From Catajapyx aquilonaris (Eukaryota), in assembly GCA_000934665.2 (NCBI GenBank), contig KZ538998.1, positions 1 to 37,229 on the forward strand: a stretch of DNA of 37,229 bases, written 5' to 3'. The position numbers and the translations under genes were made by a program. Below the pieces are notes generated by a model, which was not told the origin of the DNA, did no database searches, and saw only the letters and a program-made list of their open reading frames with translations. Shown one piece after another: positions 12,166-23,197 of the stretch (positions within the stretch are counted from its first letter, which is position 1; each line of letters opens with the position of its first letter).

Positions 12166-13817
12166 TAGAGATGGGACTATCGATGGTTTACTTGTGAACT
12201 ATCGATATACAGGGTGTATCTGAACTCAGTGCCCCGACGTATATGACTGCCTTCCTAGCCACCAGAGGATCGATTTAAGTATAGGAGTCATTATGTCTGG
12301 TCGCCGCATTACGGAGATAATTGGCCGCAAATATGTAGTACAAAATATCCTGTCGGTTAGGCCACCCATCGAACCCTCCCCCAGTCAGAAGGCTCTGGAA
12401 GGTCTGGGGGCGGGACTTTGTTGGTTTGTTGCCCACAGGTGGTAAGGCCTCTTTGGCTAGTTACACCAGAAAATTCTATTTAAAAGTCAGAAGGAGCGAT
12501 TGGGCAAAAATCGCTAAAGAGTGTATCTCAGTAATGAGGCTGCCCAGACATAATGACTCCTCTACATAAGTTGATCCTCTGGTGGCTAGGAAGGCAGTCA
12601 TATACGTCGGGGCACTGAGTTCAGATACACCCTGTATATCGCCACTTCCCTATATCGATAGATCGGATATCGATGGCTCAAAATTCGATATTTCGGCTAC
12701 GTATTGTAATAAAAAATTGGTAGGCTACTACTACTACTACTACTTACTAAACAATTACATATAATTTAATAAGCTTGAAATAATTGAGTTTTTTCTTTTA
12801 CAATCTAATCCTGTCTCATATGTGCATTTGCATATGTGAAGTTTTTGCAAGTTTTGTTTTACCATTGTAAATAATGGAACTAAGAGAAAATGTTGATTTA
12901 CCACCTGGTGACTAACAAGTAAGAGCACCTCTTTCTCCAGTGAAACTAACAATATAGCATCACTTTACTTTCATTATTTGTGACTGTGGAGAAATAAGTG
13001 CATAAAACTTACGAAAACTTCACATTTGCATAATGCACTTATGAAACAGGTTATTCTATACTGTCAATAATTTCATGCCCATTAAATTATGATATACTGA
13101 ATGTAACACTAATTAAACATTCAAATTATACTGGTACTGATTTAAAAATAATCAAATTTTGTGTCATTTGAAGCGAATACGAATCATGCCATGTGATGAC
13201 CACATGTTGGTAACTCACTGTCAACCCTATCGATCCCTGTCTTGCCCTGTCTTGCCCTATTGTATTTGGAAATTAGTAACAGACAGGCCTACAATTTACT
13301 AATAAATGAGACATCAGCAAATTGTATGGGGTGCTTTATTTCCAGAAAATCCATATCTTTTTAATATGCTGATGTTATTGAGATAGTTAAGCTGCAGTGT
13401 AAATTAAAAAATTTCCCTTCAATTTTATAAGTAGCATTCCATCCCCAAGATTTCAAGAAAATTGCAAATAATATATAGGCCTATGCAATATTATATTTCT
13501 GCTATGATTTTATTTGATCACCATCACTTAACCAAAAAAAAAGAAGAATTTATCATTCTTAAAAACATCTCGAAGCAAATCTTGTGTTGCAATGCTAAGC
13601 ATGACAGAATGGGTGGCAGGTAAGTTAAATAGCTCCCCTCTATGCGTAACGTGTCTTCTGATAAGCTGAAATCACTGTAATGCATTTTATTCTAATTTTC
13701 ATGAAAATATCGATATAATATCGATAGTTGTGCTAACTATCGAGTACTCGATATATCGCTGGGGGGCAATATCGATATATCGAAACATCGATACTTTGTT
13801 GAAAAGTCCCATCTCTA
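12166..13817. mobile_element. hAT-type non-autonomous element with ATCGAT-rich subterminal repeats
   Basis: TIR TAGAGATGGGAC ... GTCCCATCTCTA; many (T)ATCGAT(A) repeats near both ends; AT-rich non-coding interior; TSD not clean. Confidence 0.75.
12210..12634. mobile_element. Tc1/mariner-type MITE (CAGGGTG ends, ~110-bp TIRs) nested in the hAT element
   Basis: TA|CAGGGTGTATCTGAACTCAGTGCCCCGACG ... CGTCGGGGCACTGAGTTCAGATACACCCTG|TA. Removing it restores the host motif ATCGATATATCG. Confidence 0.92.
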
Positions 13818-13977
13818 GTATTCTAATAGTGGTTCATGTAAGCCGAAAATAAATTACAATTCAAAACCCACTAGGATAAATGTGGGAAAATATTTCAAAC
13901 TGTCAACTTAATAAATAATCTTGTTACTTCATTCTCATCATATCTGCTGGTTACATCTGATGAATTTCCATGTACTA

Positions 13978-14910
13978 CGAGGGCCATACTAAAATGATTC
14001 ACAATTTATATTTTTGACACAAATACAGCGCCAGTACAGGTTGGCAGATCTGTACACATTATCGATATAATTCTCCTGGAGCCGGGGAGATGACGTGGCG
14101 TCGCGGTAACGCGTGCGCCCACGGATATGAAGGTCCCGGGTTCAATCCCCACCCGGGGTTCCCACCTTTTTCCGTGCAGAGTTGGGCCATCTCTGGCTTC
14201 ATTTCGGGTGGCAATTTCCGACAGACTAAGCCACCCGGGGGAGTTCACAAAATGACCGTTAGAGACATTGCACATGTACTTTGCACATCCCCTGCCACCT
14301 ACCCTTGGAGTACACTAATAAGATCCTTCTTAACTCGCTCCAACATCCCGATGGTGGTAATTCCACCCCCCCCCCCCCCTAAGGAGTAGATAGCTCCCCC
14401 CGTGGGGTAAAAAATAATAAAAAATCTCCTGGAGCCGAATACACAGGAGTCATGGTTGTGGAACCTCTACGTGCCCTCCAGGAACAACTTTTTGGAGGTC
14501 CGGCACGCCCACTCCCGGACAACTGCTTACAGTCAACAAAGTCCTTGACATGGCATCGAGGAAGGTTTTTTTTCCATGTCTCTGAACAGGTGAAAGTTAC
14601 TAGGTGCCATGTCGGGTGGTTCTGGAAGCACTCAAACCCAGATCGAGGAAAAAAACCCTTCGCCGACGCCATTTCGACTTTCGAGGACATTGTTTACAGT
14701 TGTTGACTGTGAGCAGTTGTCCAGTAGTGGGTACATCACACCTCCAAAAAGTGGTTCCTGGAGGGCCTGGAGAGGTTGACACACCTGTGGTGGTACGGCA
14801 TTAGGCTCCAGGAGGACTCTATCTATAATGTGTCACTCTTTGCCGACATGGGAGACGATTTTGCATTTGGTTTCAATGCAAAATTGTCTCAATCTTTTTG
14901 AGCGATATAG
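13978..14910. mobile_element. Mariner-derived foldback made of two inverted 3' ends, interrupted by a SINE
   Basis: Starts TA|CGAGGG. Arms pair, e.g. CCCTCCAGGAACAACTTTTTGGAGGT with ACCTCCAAAAAGTGGTTCCTGGAGGG. Right arm translates (with frameshifts and stops) to KKTLRRRHFD...AVVQ*WVHHTSKKWFLEGLERLTHLWWYGIRLQEDSI, resembling a mariner transposase C-terminus. Confidence 0.75.
14084..14424 (+). mobile_element. SINE family A (tRNA-Arg(ACG)-like head), full length, tail type 1
   Basis: A box GTGGCGTCGCGG, B box GGTTCAATCCC, head TAACGCGTGCGCCCACGGATATGAAGGTCCCGGGTTC; A-rich end; 12-13-bp TSD TCTCCTGGAGCC(G) at 14072 and 14425. Confidence 0.92.
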
Positions 14911-15764
14911 TACAGGGCTGCAAATGGGAGAGTTGTAGCTCCTAACAGGGCAGCAATATGTGAGGTAAGAGTCGTAGTAAGTTTACCTAACTTCCAGGAT
15001 GCAGCTCACAGTAAGCAACTTACCCGTCTGCTGCCAATTCCTGTAGTGATGACCCATCTTGTAGAATTGAACATGCTAATCAACAGTCAATAAGCTACTA
15101 ATCTGCACACAAAATGTATTTTGCCTGGGATCGATACTGTAACCATATTTTTTGGGGGCCAAGAGTTTTTTCCTGCATCTCTGATCACACGTAAAGTTGC
15201 CTCAGAGGAACCACACAGAGCACCAAAGACTATCATGATCACACATGGTACTGTATTTTACAATCATAAATTTTTCATGAGTGATGTTGGCCATAGCTGC
15301 TTCAGAATCAGCATTCTGTTAACAGGCCTATTTTTTCTGAGACATACTGCAAATCGCTGCCACAAAAGTCAGAAACATGGTGTCTTTATTATAAGACATT
15401 GTAAGACAAGATATTGCTTGAGGATTCAGTTTCTGTTGGTTACGTTCACTTAGACGATGACTTCACAGGAAACTCCCCTGTCTTCTGTTCCATGCCACAA
15501 TGCTGGCATAACAGTCTTTCTCCTCCTATATTTTAGACTTCAGAATTACATGTGTAAGGCCCTGATCATTATTTGATTTCTTTTGTACAAACCTCTGTGT
15601 ATGGATCTCGTTTTTCCTGTCATATTTCTATTTTCGACTCCTTTCAAATAATATTTTGCATAAATAATTCAAATAACCTCATTTTACAATACTTGCATCA
15701 CTTCACTTTTAAGAATGAACATCTTCCTACTTGATTTGACATTTAAACTGATCTTATAACTTAC

Positions 15765-15823
15765 CTTGTACTCTTGCTCCGACATGGATTCATATTCATT
15801 TCTGACCACGCCTCCTGAAGCCC
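15765..15823 (-). other. Candidate 59-nt exon of an unidentified gene
   Basis: Minus strand: strong acceptor ttttctttttgtttcAG| and consensus donor AAG|GTAAGT. Open in two frames (ASGGVVRNEYESMSEQEYK or GLQEAWSEMNMNPCRSKST). No product recognised. Confidence 0.4.
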
Positions 15824-15895
15824 CTGAAACAAAAAGAAAAAGCATGACAATATGGTACCGGTACATCATGCTCTGCAAACTCAATGGAATATGTA

Positions 15896-16462
15896 CAGTA
15901 AAACTTCTATAAGTCGAACTTCCCTAAGTGGAAGTTCTCTATAAGTCGAAGAAAATGATGAGCTTGGTTGGTCACAATCTAAAATAATAGGAAATAAACT
16001 TCCCTAACTCGAATTTCTATAACTCGAAGTGCAGGCAGGACCTTACAATGGGATATCAATGCATTTTCAGTCTCCCTAAGTCAAAGTTCATGTTGGCAAG
16101 TATGGAAAATGTTCTCATGCCCCAGCAGAAGGGTCGAGAATAGATCACATGTACAGATAGGCTCAATTTCCTGATCTCCGTCTACCAGATGTACCGAAAG
16201 AAGTGCTTGACTTGATTGTGACAATTGAATCCTTGAATCTAAGAATCGTAGGCAAATGTCCATAACAGAGTTTTTTTTAACAACAAAACAACGAGGAACA
16301 TTGTAAGTGTGATATGATAATGACAGTTATTTAAGTTTTGGACACCTTTCGTCGCTGGATATAAAGGTAGGCTAGAGTTGTGTGTTTTTAAAAAAGCCAA
16401 ACTTCTATAACTCGAAGTTTTTTTCCGGTCCCATGGAGATTCGCCTTTTAGAAGTTTTACTG
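15896..16462. mobile_element. pogo/Tigger-like MITE
   Basis: TA|CAGTAAAACTTCTA ... TAGAAGTTTTACTG|TA with repeated CTATAA(G/C)TCGAA subterminal motifs. Confidence 0.88.
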
Positions 16463-16484
16463 TATAATAATATTATATGCCATT

Positions 16485-19018
16485 ATTTGTTTCTTTTATT
16501 TTCTTTTATTTTGGTGCCCCATACCCTTGTTTGGGCTTGTTTGGGGACACACACATTACTTACATTGGTTTCCCCCTTGCCATCCCCTTCATGATATAAA
16601 CAATAAAAACAAAACAAAACAAAAACAGTGAAGGACAAATGGTGCAAAAAAATCAATAGCAATAACAATACATAACAGTCAGTTGGCAGCACCTTATATT
16701 TCCATAAGTTCAATATTTTTGCTGCGTTCAGAAAAAAAGAATAAAGTTTGAAAACACATGCTTTTTGTGTATTTGTGAATAGCATTGTAACCTGGACCTG
16801 CGGATACCAAGGGATATCAAATAAGAAGCTGTGCCTTGCTGTAGAGAAAAGTTGACATTCATAGATCAGGTGAAATATCGTCGTTTTCCAATTGCACCAA
16901 TCACAGACCTCCTCTAGGTTTAACTTTATTACTAGCTGGTTTTGAAGTTTAAGCTCACTGAATTATTTCTTAGATCTATCAGATGATGTAGGCTATATGC
17001 GGTAAAGGTAAACCCAGATAAAAGTATTCTTCTTGCTGGAAATCATGCTTAATTGCTTTGTAATATTAAATAGTAATAGTAAATAGCATCTAGTCACCTC
17101 AAGCCTAGCCAGGACTTCATTTTTTAAGCCCTGTTCCACCATATGTAACAATTTAGCGAGTTCCTCTATCTCATTTAGCCAGTCTGTTGTATATGGTTGA
17201 AAATTTTTGTTGCAGTTGATCACCCAGTTCAGAGTTTCATTTGGCTTAGTTTCTGCCCTTTGAATGGCGTAGTCAAGTGCCGCTTTCAGCAGTTCATTAT
17301 TAAAGTGCTTTTTTATCCTGAGAGTAAATTTAGCTATTGCCCTCAGTACATTTAATGTTAAGGGTAATGTGCCTGTTTCAAGAAACAAAAAGTATGCTGC
17401 TGTTGATTTGGTAGCACTATGAATTTTTTCAAGAAATTCGCTTGCACCTGTTGGATCCCTGCTAAATCCTGCTAAATGCCTGGGTCCCCAAATGGGGCAA
17501 GCATATAGTAGTGTGGGCACAATGTGTGCCTTGAATAAATTTAATGCAACCGTAAGATCTCTTAATTTCAGTTTAAGTAACACAGGCCAAAGTCTATTTA
17601 TAGCTGCTATAGTTTTTTTCTTGAAATATACAATGGCTTCAGTAAATTTTCCTGAGCATTTGAATGGTACTCCTAAGTAAGTATAGGACAAAGTCAGAGC
17701 TAATGCCGTTGAATTCCATAAGAATTTTTTACTTGACCCTTTGTGATAACATACTAATTTTGTTTCACTTAAATTGATCTGTAATAAATTAATTTCAAAA
17801 TAATCAGCCAGAATACTAATATTTTGCTGCATGCTAGCAATAGAATTTCTTCTTGTCCGGGTCCAAAATTGGGGCCCTCAGCTCCTCTTGACGTCATAAA
17901 ATCATAAATATCTGCTATATAAAGGTTAAAGAGGAAAGGGCTTAGGGGTTCACCTTGTGGCAAACCAGTAACAATTCTAATGGTCTCCAGCTCCTGTGAT
18001 GCTACCATTTCTAATTTTGCATAGATGTCTTTAAGAAGCGAAATCATTCTATAACTGACTCTCAGCTGCCCTAGTTTGTTGAAAAGTTGGTCATGTTTAA
18101 CTTAGTTGAATGCTTTGGATAAGTCTATAAATAGTGCATAGTTTTCCCTTGGGCTTAGCCAGATATTTCTGAATAAGAATATGAAATGTGAAAAGATGAT
18201 CCATACAGCCTCTCTTCTTACGAAAGGCTGCTTGCCAGTCTGGCAGAATATTGTGCTCGTTAAAATAGATGTGAATAGTTTAAACGTGTTATTAAATATT
18301 GCTATCGGTCGATAATTTTCCGGTAGGGATCTGTCACCATTTTTAAATATGGGAGTTATCCTTGCCTGACTCCAATTCTTAGGGATTTTTTGTATATTTA
18401 AACTGTTTTCGAAGATAACAAATAAAGTTTCCGAAATACTTGATGTGCAGTCTTTGATTAATAATATAATCCTAGGTAAGTGCTTTCACCCCCGGTGGGG
18501 GTACATCACACGGAACCTTTATTGTAGGCTACTATTATACATTGGAACCTCTCATTGAAACACCTGGGCCCACGGGCAGGATGACAGGAGGGGATGAGCA
18601 AGTGCAGTGCACGGACTGATATGGGTACATTTTGTGAACTCCCCGGGTGGATATGTCTATTGGAGATTCCACCCGAGACGAAGCCAGACACGTCCTAAAC
18701 TCTGCACGAGATGAAGGGGGTGTCCCAGGGCTGGGATCGAACCCGGGACCTTAACATCCTTGAGCGCATACGTTACCGTAGCACCACTCCGCCTCCCCTC
18801 AGTCTTTGATTAGCTTGTTAGATATTAAATCCGGACCAGGTGCTGTTTTTGGTTTGAGCTTCTTAATCACTAGATTAAGTTCCATCCGTGTTAGCGGTTT
18901 GTCCAGTACTGGGTCTAATAGTATTAACTCAATTCCTGGATTTGCCATTAATAGTTCATACTCAACAACTTGTGATATCATTTGGGATAATTTCAAATAC
19001 TGCCACCACTAATCTTCT
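16485..19018 (-). mobile_element. 5'-truncated decayed LINE (RTE/RTEX-like ORF2: RT plus C-terminal zinc knuckle, 3'UTR, A-rich tail)
   Basis: Fragments KTAPGPDLISNKLIKD|CTSS...WSQARITPIFKNGDRSLPENYRPIAI, QAAFRKKRGCMDHLF, IDLSKAF, GLPQGEPLSPFLFNLYIAD, YTYLGVPF, LFKAHIVPTLLYACPIWG, ETGTLPL and CDWCNWKTTIFHLIYEC. Frameshifts and stops present; YADD region damaged. Clade call is by motif resemblance. Confidence 0.93.
18461..18799 (-). mobile_element. SINE family A, full length, tail type 2, inserted in the LINE RT region
   Basis: Head GGGGAGGCGGAGTGGTGCTACGGTAACG...GGTTCGATCCC on the minus strand; 13-bp TSD CAGTCTTTGATTA at 18448 and 18800. Excision rejoins the LINE frame KLIKD-CTSS. Confidence 0.93.
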
Positions 19019-19019
19019 T

Positions 19020-19206
19020 CCACCTCTGGCCTCTTTTTCCGCTTTTCACCCGACATGCCGGGGCAGAATTGCACTCCCTACTCTGCCCAGGGCCAGGAGA
19101 AAAGGCCTGGTGTTCAAAGAATGTCAGCAATGACTACGGCACAGCGCCCTCCCTTGGGAACCTCCCCTTCCCCCCTAAAAGGGTCTCAAAAAAAATAAAT
19201 ATTAAA

Positions 19207-19281
<75 letters not shown>
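19020..19281 (+). mobile_element. SINE family B, 5'-truncated, with (AAT)n tail
   Basis: Body CCGCTTTTCACCCGACATG...GCAGAATTGCACTCC...GGGCCAGGAGAAAAG matches the copies at 27806 and 29634; ends in (AAT)n at 19207-19281. Confidence 0.88.
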
Positions 19282-19430
19282 TGAAAAGATATAACTTTTC
19301 TATTATCTCAATCAATTTCTTACCATTTGGATGTCGCGTTTCATCATTCCCTTGTCTTTGTACGTTCCAGTAAAGTAATAGGTCCGATTCATTTATGTTG
19401 TTTAGTGTTTCCTATGCGAGCATTAAAATC

Positions 19431-19682
19431 CCCCATTAATTGCCTAGGGGGGAGTTACCTACTCTTAGGGGGGGTGGATTACCACCATTGGGATTTTATT
19501 TGGAGCGTGTTAAGATGGATCTTATTAGTGTACTCCAAGGGTGGGTGGGAGGGAATGAGTAAATTGCAAGTGCAATGTCTCTAACGGTCATTTTGTGAAC
19601 TCCCCCGGGTCTGTCGGAAATTGCCACCCGAAATGAAGCCAGAGATGGCCCAACGCAGAGGTGGAAAATTGGGGACTGAATC
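19431..19682 (-). mobile_element. SINE family A, head-degraded copy, tail type 1
   Basis: Reverse complement of the 14180-14400 region (GGGGGAGTTCACAAAATGACCGTTAGAGACATTGCAC...CCCTTGGAGTACACTAATAAGATCC). Confidence 0.88.
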
Positions 19683-20287
19683 ACTACACGACTGTGCTGC
19701 CAATATTTTTATTCAATATTTAAATGTATCATAAAGCCCCATTTGGTTCAAATGTAACTTATTGCTTATTTTTAATCTTCATTTAAAGCACTGCCATCTG
19801 TAGGAAGTTCAAGAAAGACATGAATTTGACATTTTAGTTCTTGCTGTCGTGGAACAGTGATGTCACTGATGTGTGAAGCACTAAAGCATGACAGGGAGCA
19901 GGAAAAGATGAAAATATAGAGGCAAAAACTGGACATACAAATGACAAAAATTCACACACATGCACTGTACAGTATCAGCGTCTAAGAAATTAATGGTCAA
20001 AAGAATAAATTCATTAGCATCGAAGTAAATTATCAACACTCCTATAAAATTTTATGTCTCTACCTCTTAGTCTTGTTTTTATCAATAATACCCCTTCTTG
20101 TCTATTTTCCTTCACTATGCAGTATGTTTCAGTTGAAGTGTAGTGATTAGCATTTTTATTTTCATTTCACTGCTTATATTAAAGCAGTAACTTTGGAACA
20201 TATATTTTTAGCAGTTATAAAAAAATTAGTTTTCATTACGTTATATGATACAGCCTTTGCAACTAGGGAAGGCAGGTTGACCCTATA

Positions 20288-20932
20288 CAGGGCGAAGGAA
20301 TTCTCGCCGACAATCGCCAGGTAGACTGATAGTACTCGTAAAACTAATATAGGGATGTGCAATTAGTTTTGGGTGCCGTTGCGTAGTTAAGGGGGTGATA
20401 AAGAGAATTTGGGAGTAAAGTTCTCGCTAACTAACAACAGCAGAACCGATCTTTTTTTTGTGTAAGTGTAACTGACCTCTCTCTTACACATGTACTCTAC
20501 AGTTGTACACTGTACTTTTACCATATTCTTAATGTAGTATTATAAAAAGTCATTTGCATTCGGGAGTAATTTACGCAGTCGTAAAGTTTTAAGTTATGTC
20601 GTAACAAGTACCCAAAAATGCGGAAAAATGAGGTGCTCCAGACCAACAAAGCCGATTTTTATAATTAGCTATAACCTTTCGGCAAATAATTATTTCGTCA
20701 ATATTTGACTGATTTGAGAACTACTAGAAGTTGGGGGAACCCTAATTTTCACGGTTTTTATTGTGCCTCGAGGGAATGGTCAACCGCAAACGCGTCCTTT
20801 CTTTTGTGTAGAGAGGGTGGGATCCACTGTCTCCTCTTTCGGCCAGGGTTGGAACTTGAAGAAGGTCCGGGTTTTCTTTACCCCAGCCTTAATGCGTATG
20901 GCGCCTTTAAAGTGTACAGTCCCAGATGGTAG
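20288..20932 (+). mobile_element. Partial CAGGGTG-family MITE (family D), split by a TTAA insertion
   Basis: 20288-20390 and 20893-20932 match the left end of the 24993-25436 element (...GCGTAGTTAA|TGCGTATGGC...). Confidence 0.8.
20391..20888. mobile_element. TTAA-specific non-autonomous element (Kolobok-like)
   Basis: TTAA on both sides (20387-20390, 20889-20892), confirmed by the empty site near 25097; imperfect TIRs GGGGGTGATAAAGAGAA / TTTTCTTTACCCCAGCC. GG...CC termini fit Kolobok rather than piggyBac. Confidence 0.65.
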
Positions 20933-21042
20933 CGGGTAATTCCACAGGAACAGAGACATGATCCAAAAATGAAGTCACGTATTGTGGGGTGGTAGATGGC
21001 TTATTGAAAGCAGATCATTATGTCATTATGTCAGATGAAGGG

Positions 21043-21118
21043 AGGGAGGCGAAGTGGCGCTGCGGTAACGTACGCGCCCATGGATGTTACGGTCCCGGGT
21101 TCGATCCCAGCCCGGGAC
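21043..21118 (+). mobile_element. SINE family A head-only fragment
   Basis: GGGAGGCGAAGTGGCGCTGCGGTAACGTACGCGCCCATGGATGTTACGGTCCCGGGTTCGATCCCAGCCCGGGAC. Confidence 0.85.
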
Positions 21119-21488
21119 AACATATCTTTTTCATTGAAAATTTAGGTGTTATCAAGTAATTTCAATTTAAACAACAATATAATTAGGGATAGCAGGCAGC
21201 GCCTGAAGTGATGGAATTGTCATAGGCTGTATCTGCATCATTGGAGATGGTTTAATGCCCTCTTCTGGCAATACCAATCACATTGGTAACAACGTTGCAA
21301 AGACCAAATGACAGCTGCACATAAAGTAATCATTTGATGCCCAGGATCTCACACTAGAACATTGTTGTAATCATTACAGAACATCTTGCATGTCTCCCAC
21401 ATAAAAATTAAATAGAGCAATTTGGTCTTGGACAAGATCAAGGAAATAGCCTGATGTGGCCTTATCAGGCATTACTCACCACCCTATG

Positions 21489-22330
21489 CATGGTACTTCT
21501 AATAAGTATGTCAATCAGCTGCCACAAGATTTCTTGAGCCAAAACTAATGTAAAATGTAGGGTCGTAAAATATTAAGGCACCAACTGGTAAAGTAGTACA
21601 AAAGAACTAACATTTTGGTACTCCTAAGCCACAGGCAGAAACTCATATGGAAGTCTTTTCTACAGGTAAAGCACTCATTTCCTGCTTTGTATGCAAGTGC
21701 TTACATACAGGGTGTTTCTTGCTAGTAGGTCAACCTGACGTCAGCATGTTCCTTGGGCCAAAACAAGTCGAAAATGTAGGGGGGAGAAATGTCGGGGGAT
21801 CAACCATTAATGAGGTAGATGACCAGCAACATTGGCTGGTGGTTGCTGAAGGAGTAGGATATGAGTGGTGATAATCACTTCTGTGAAGGAGGTGACCTCG
21901 CAAATACCAACAGTCATGATTATCCCGCTCATATCCTGCTCCTTCGGCAACCACAGGCCAATGTTTCTGGTCATCTACCTTGTTCAAGGTTGGTCCCCCA
22001 ACATTTCTCCCCCCTATATTTTCGACTTCTTTTAGCCCAAAGGACACACCGACTTCGGGTTGACCTACTAGTAAGAAACACCCTGTATAATTATGTGAAT
22101 CACTGGTTCCTAATTTATCTTGCACATGGCTCAGGCTGTGCTTAGCTCCACAAACTTGTGCATATCTTCCAGGAAAATGTGGAATGTGGACTGCCATGTA
22201 TGTCTTAGCAGTACCCTAATATTTGTCATTCCTTTTACAGATTGGTGTCTAGGCTTTTTCCACCCCACTATATTTTATCCTTGTTTTGGCCTTAGGAACC
22301 CACAGGTGTGGCCAACTGATGTCTACCATC
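21489..22330. mobile_element. Older degenerate foldback, same family as the nested 21708-22085 element
   Basis: 21521-21637 pairs with the reverse complement of about 22191-22312 (GCCAAAAC..TAAAAT.TAG; GGTACT.CTAAG..GGCAG). Boundaries approximate. Confidence 0.6.
21708..22085. mobile_element. Tc1/mariner-type palindromic MITE (~170-bp arms)
   Basis: TA|CAGGGTGTTTCTTGCTAGTAGGTCAACC ... GGTTGACCTACTAGTAAGAAACACCCTG|TA; spacer about 37 nt. Confidence 0.92.
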
Positions 22331-22607
22331 ATATATTGAACCTTTTCCTCCCAATTTGCTTTGCCCCATCCCTTCTGCATGTGCATTCAATAAAAGCAGT
22401 TCACCATTTCAAATTATGTAAAAGTCATTGGACAAACAACATTTCTTCATAGATATAGAGCCTCAGTGTCATGCCTGTTCACTGCTGTAGTGTCACCTAA
22501 GGAAGCACTTCTACTTGCAGGTGAAGAATGCCATACTTACTCAAAAATAACTAAAATATTGACTTGATGGCTAAATTAACTTTTAAACAATATTCCTCCT
22601 GGTGTTA

Positions 22608-22973
22608 GGGGCCATCCATAATCCGCGCGGACAGATTTTGTCACTTTTTTACCTCCCCCCCTAAAAATTGCGCGGACATGGCCTCCTTGACCCCCCCCCC
22701 CCTGCCCCCGCTTCGCCACACTGAAAGTGTAATTTTCAATATATTGGTATTTTTTATTTTTTGATATCTACACACAAATTCCTTTTTTCAGAGGCATTAC
22801 GGTATATTTGAGAGGTCTGACTAAAAAAACCGCAGAGTCCTTAATATTCATTTGACGTTTATTGTCCGCGCGTACAACTGACTTCTACCCCCACCCCCCT
22901 GTACGGACAAAAGCGGACAAAGTGCAACCCCCCTCCCGTCCTTCACTTGTCCGCGCGGATTATGGACGGCCCC
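22608..22973. mobile_element. PIF/Harbinger (Tourist-like) MITE
   Basis: TTA|GGGGCCATCCATAATCCGCGCGGACA ... TGTCCGCGCGGATTATGGACGGCCCC|TTA; 3-bp TTA TSD; internal GCGGAC motifs. Confidence 0.9.
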
Positions 22974-23103
22974 TTATGGGCTGTCACTACAGAATACAAT
23001 GTGGCAAGCCAGTGCCATCATTATATTTTTTAAATGCTTATATTTTTCAGGTATGAGGAAAAAGTCCATTGTCCCATTCCTTCCCTACCTAACACCACTT
23101 CCT

Positions 23104-23126
23104 ATTACTACTACTACTACTACCAC

Positions 23127-23193
<67 letters not shown>
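23104..23193. repeat. Compound (ACT)n-(AGT)n microsatellite
   Basis: Short ACT run directly followed by a long AGT run, its reverse complement. Confidence 0.95.

Positions 23194-23197
<4 letters not shown>

Noticed and set aside
11462..13825. GTATTCTA at 11462 and 13818 as the TSD of the hAT element
   Set aside because: Even after removing the Charlie MITE, 10 nt separate the left copy from the TIR; may be chance.
16993..17832. 279-aa ORF as a host gene or active retrotransposon
   Set aside because: It is a fragment of LINE ORF2 broken by frameshifts, stops and a SINE insertion; the endonuclease region is absent.
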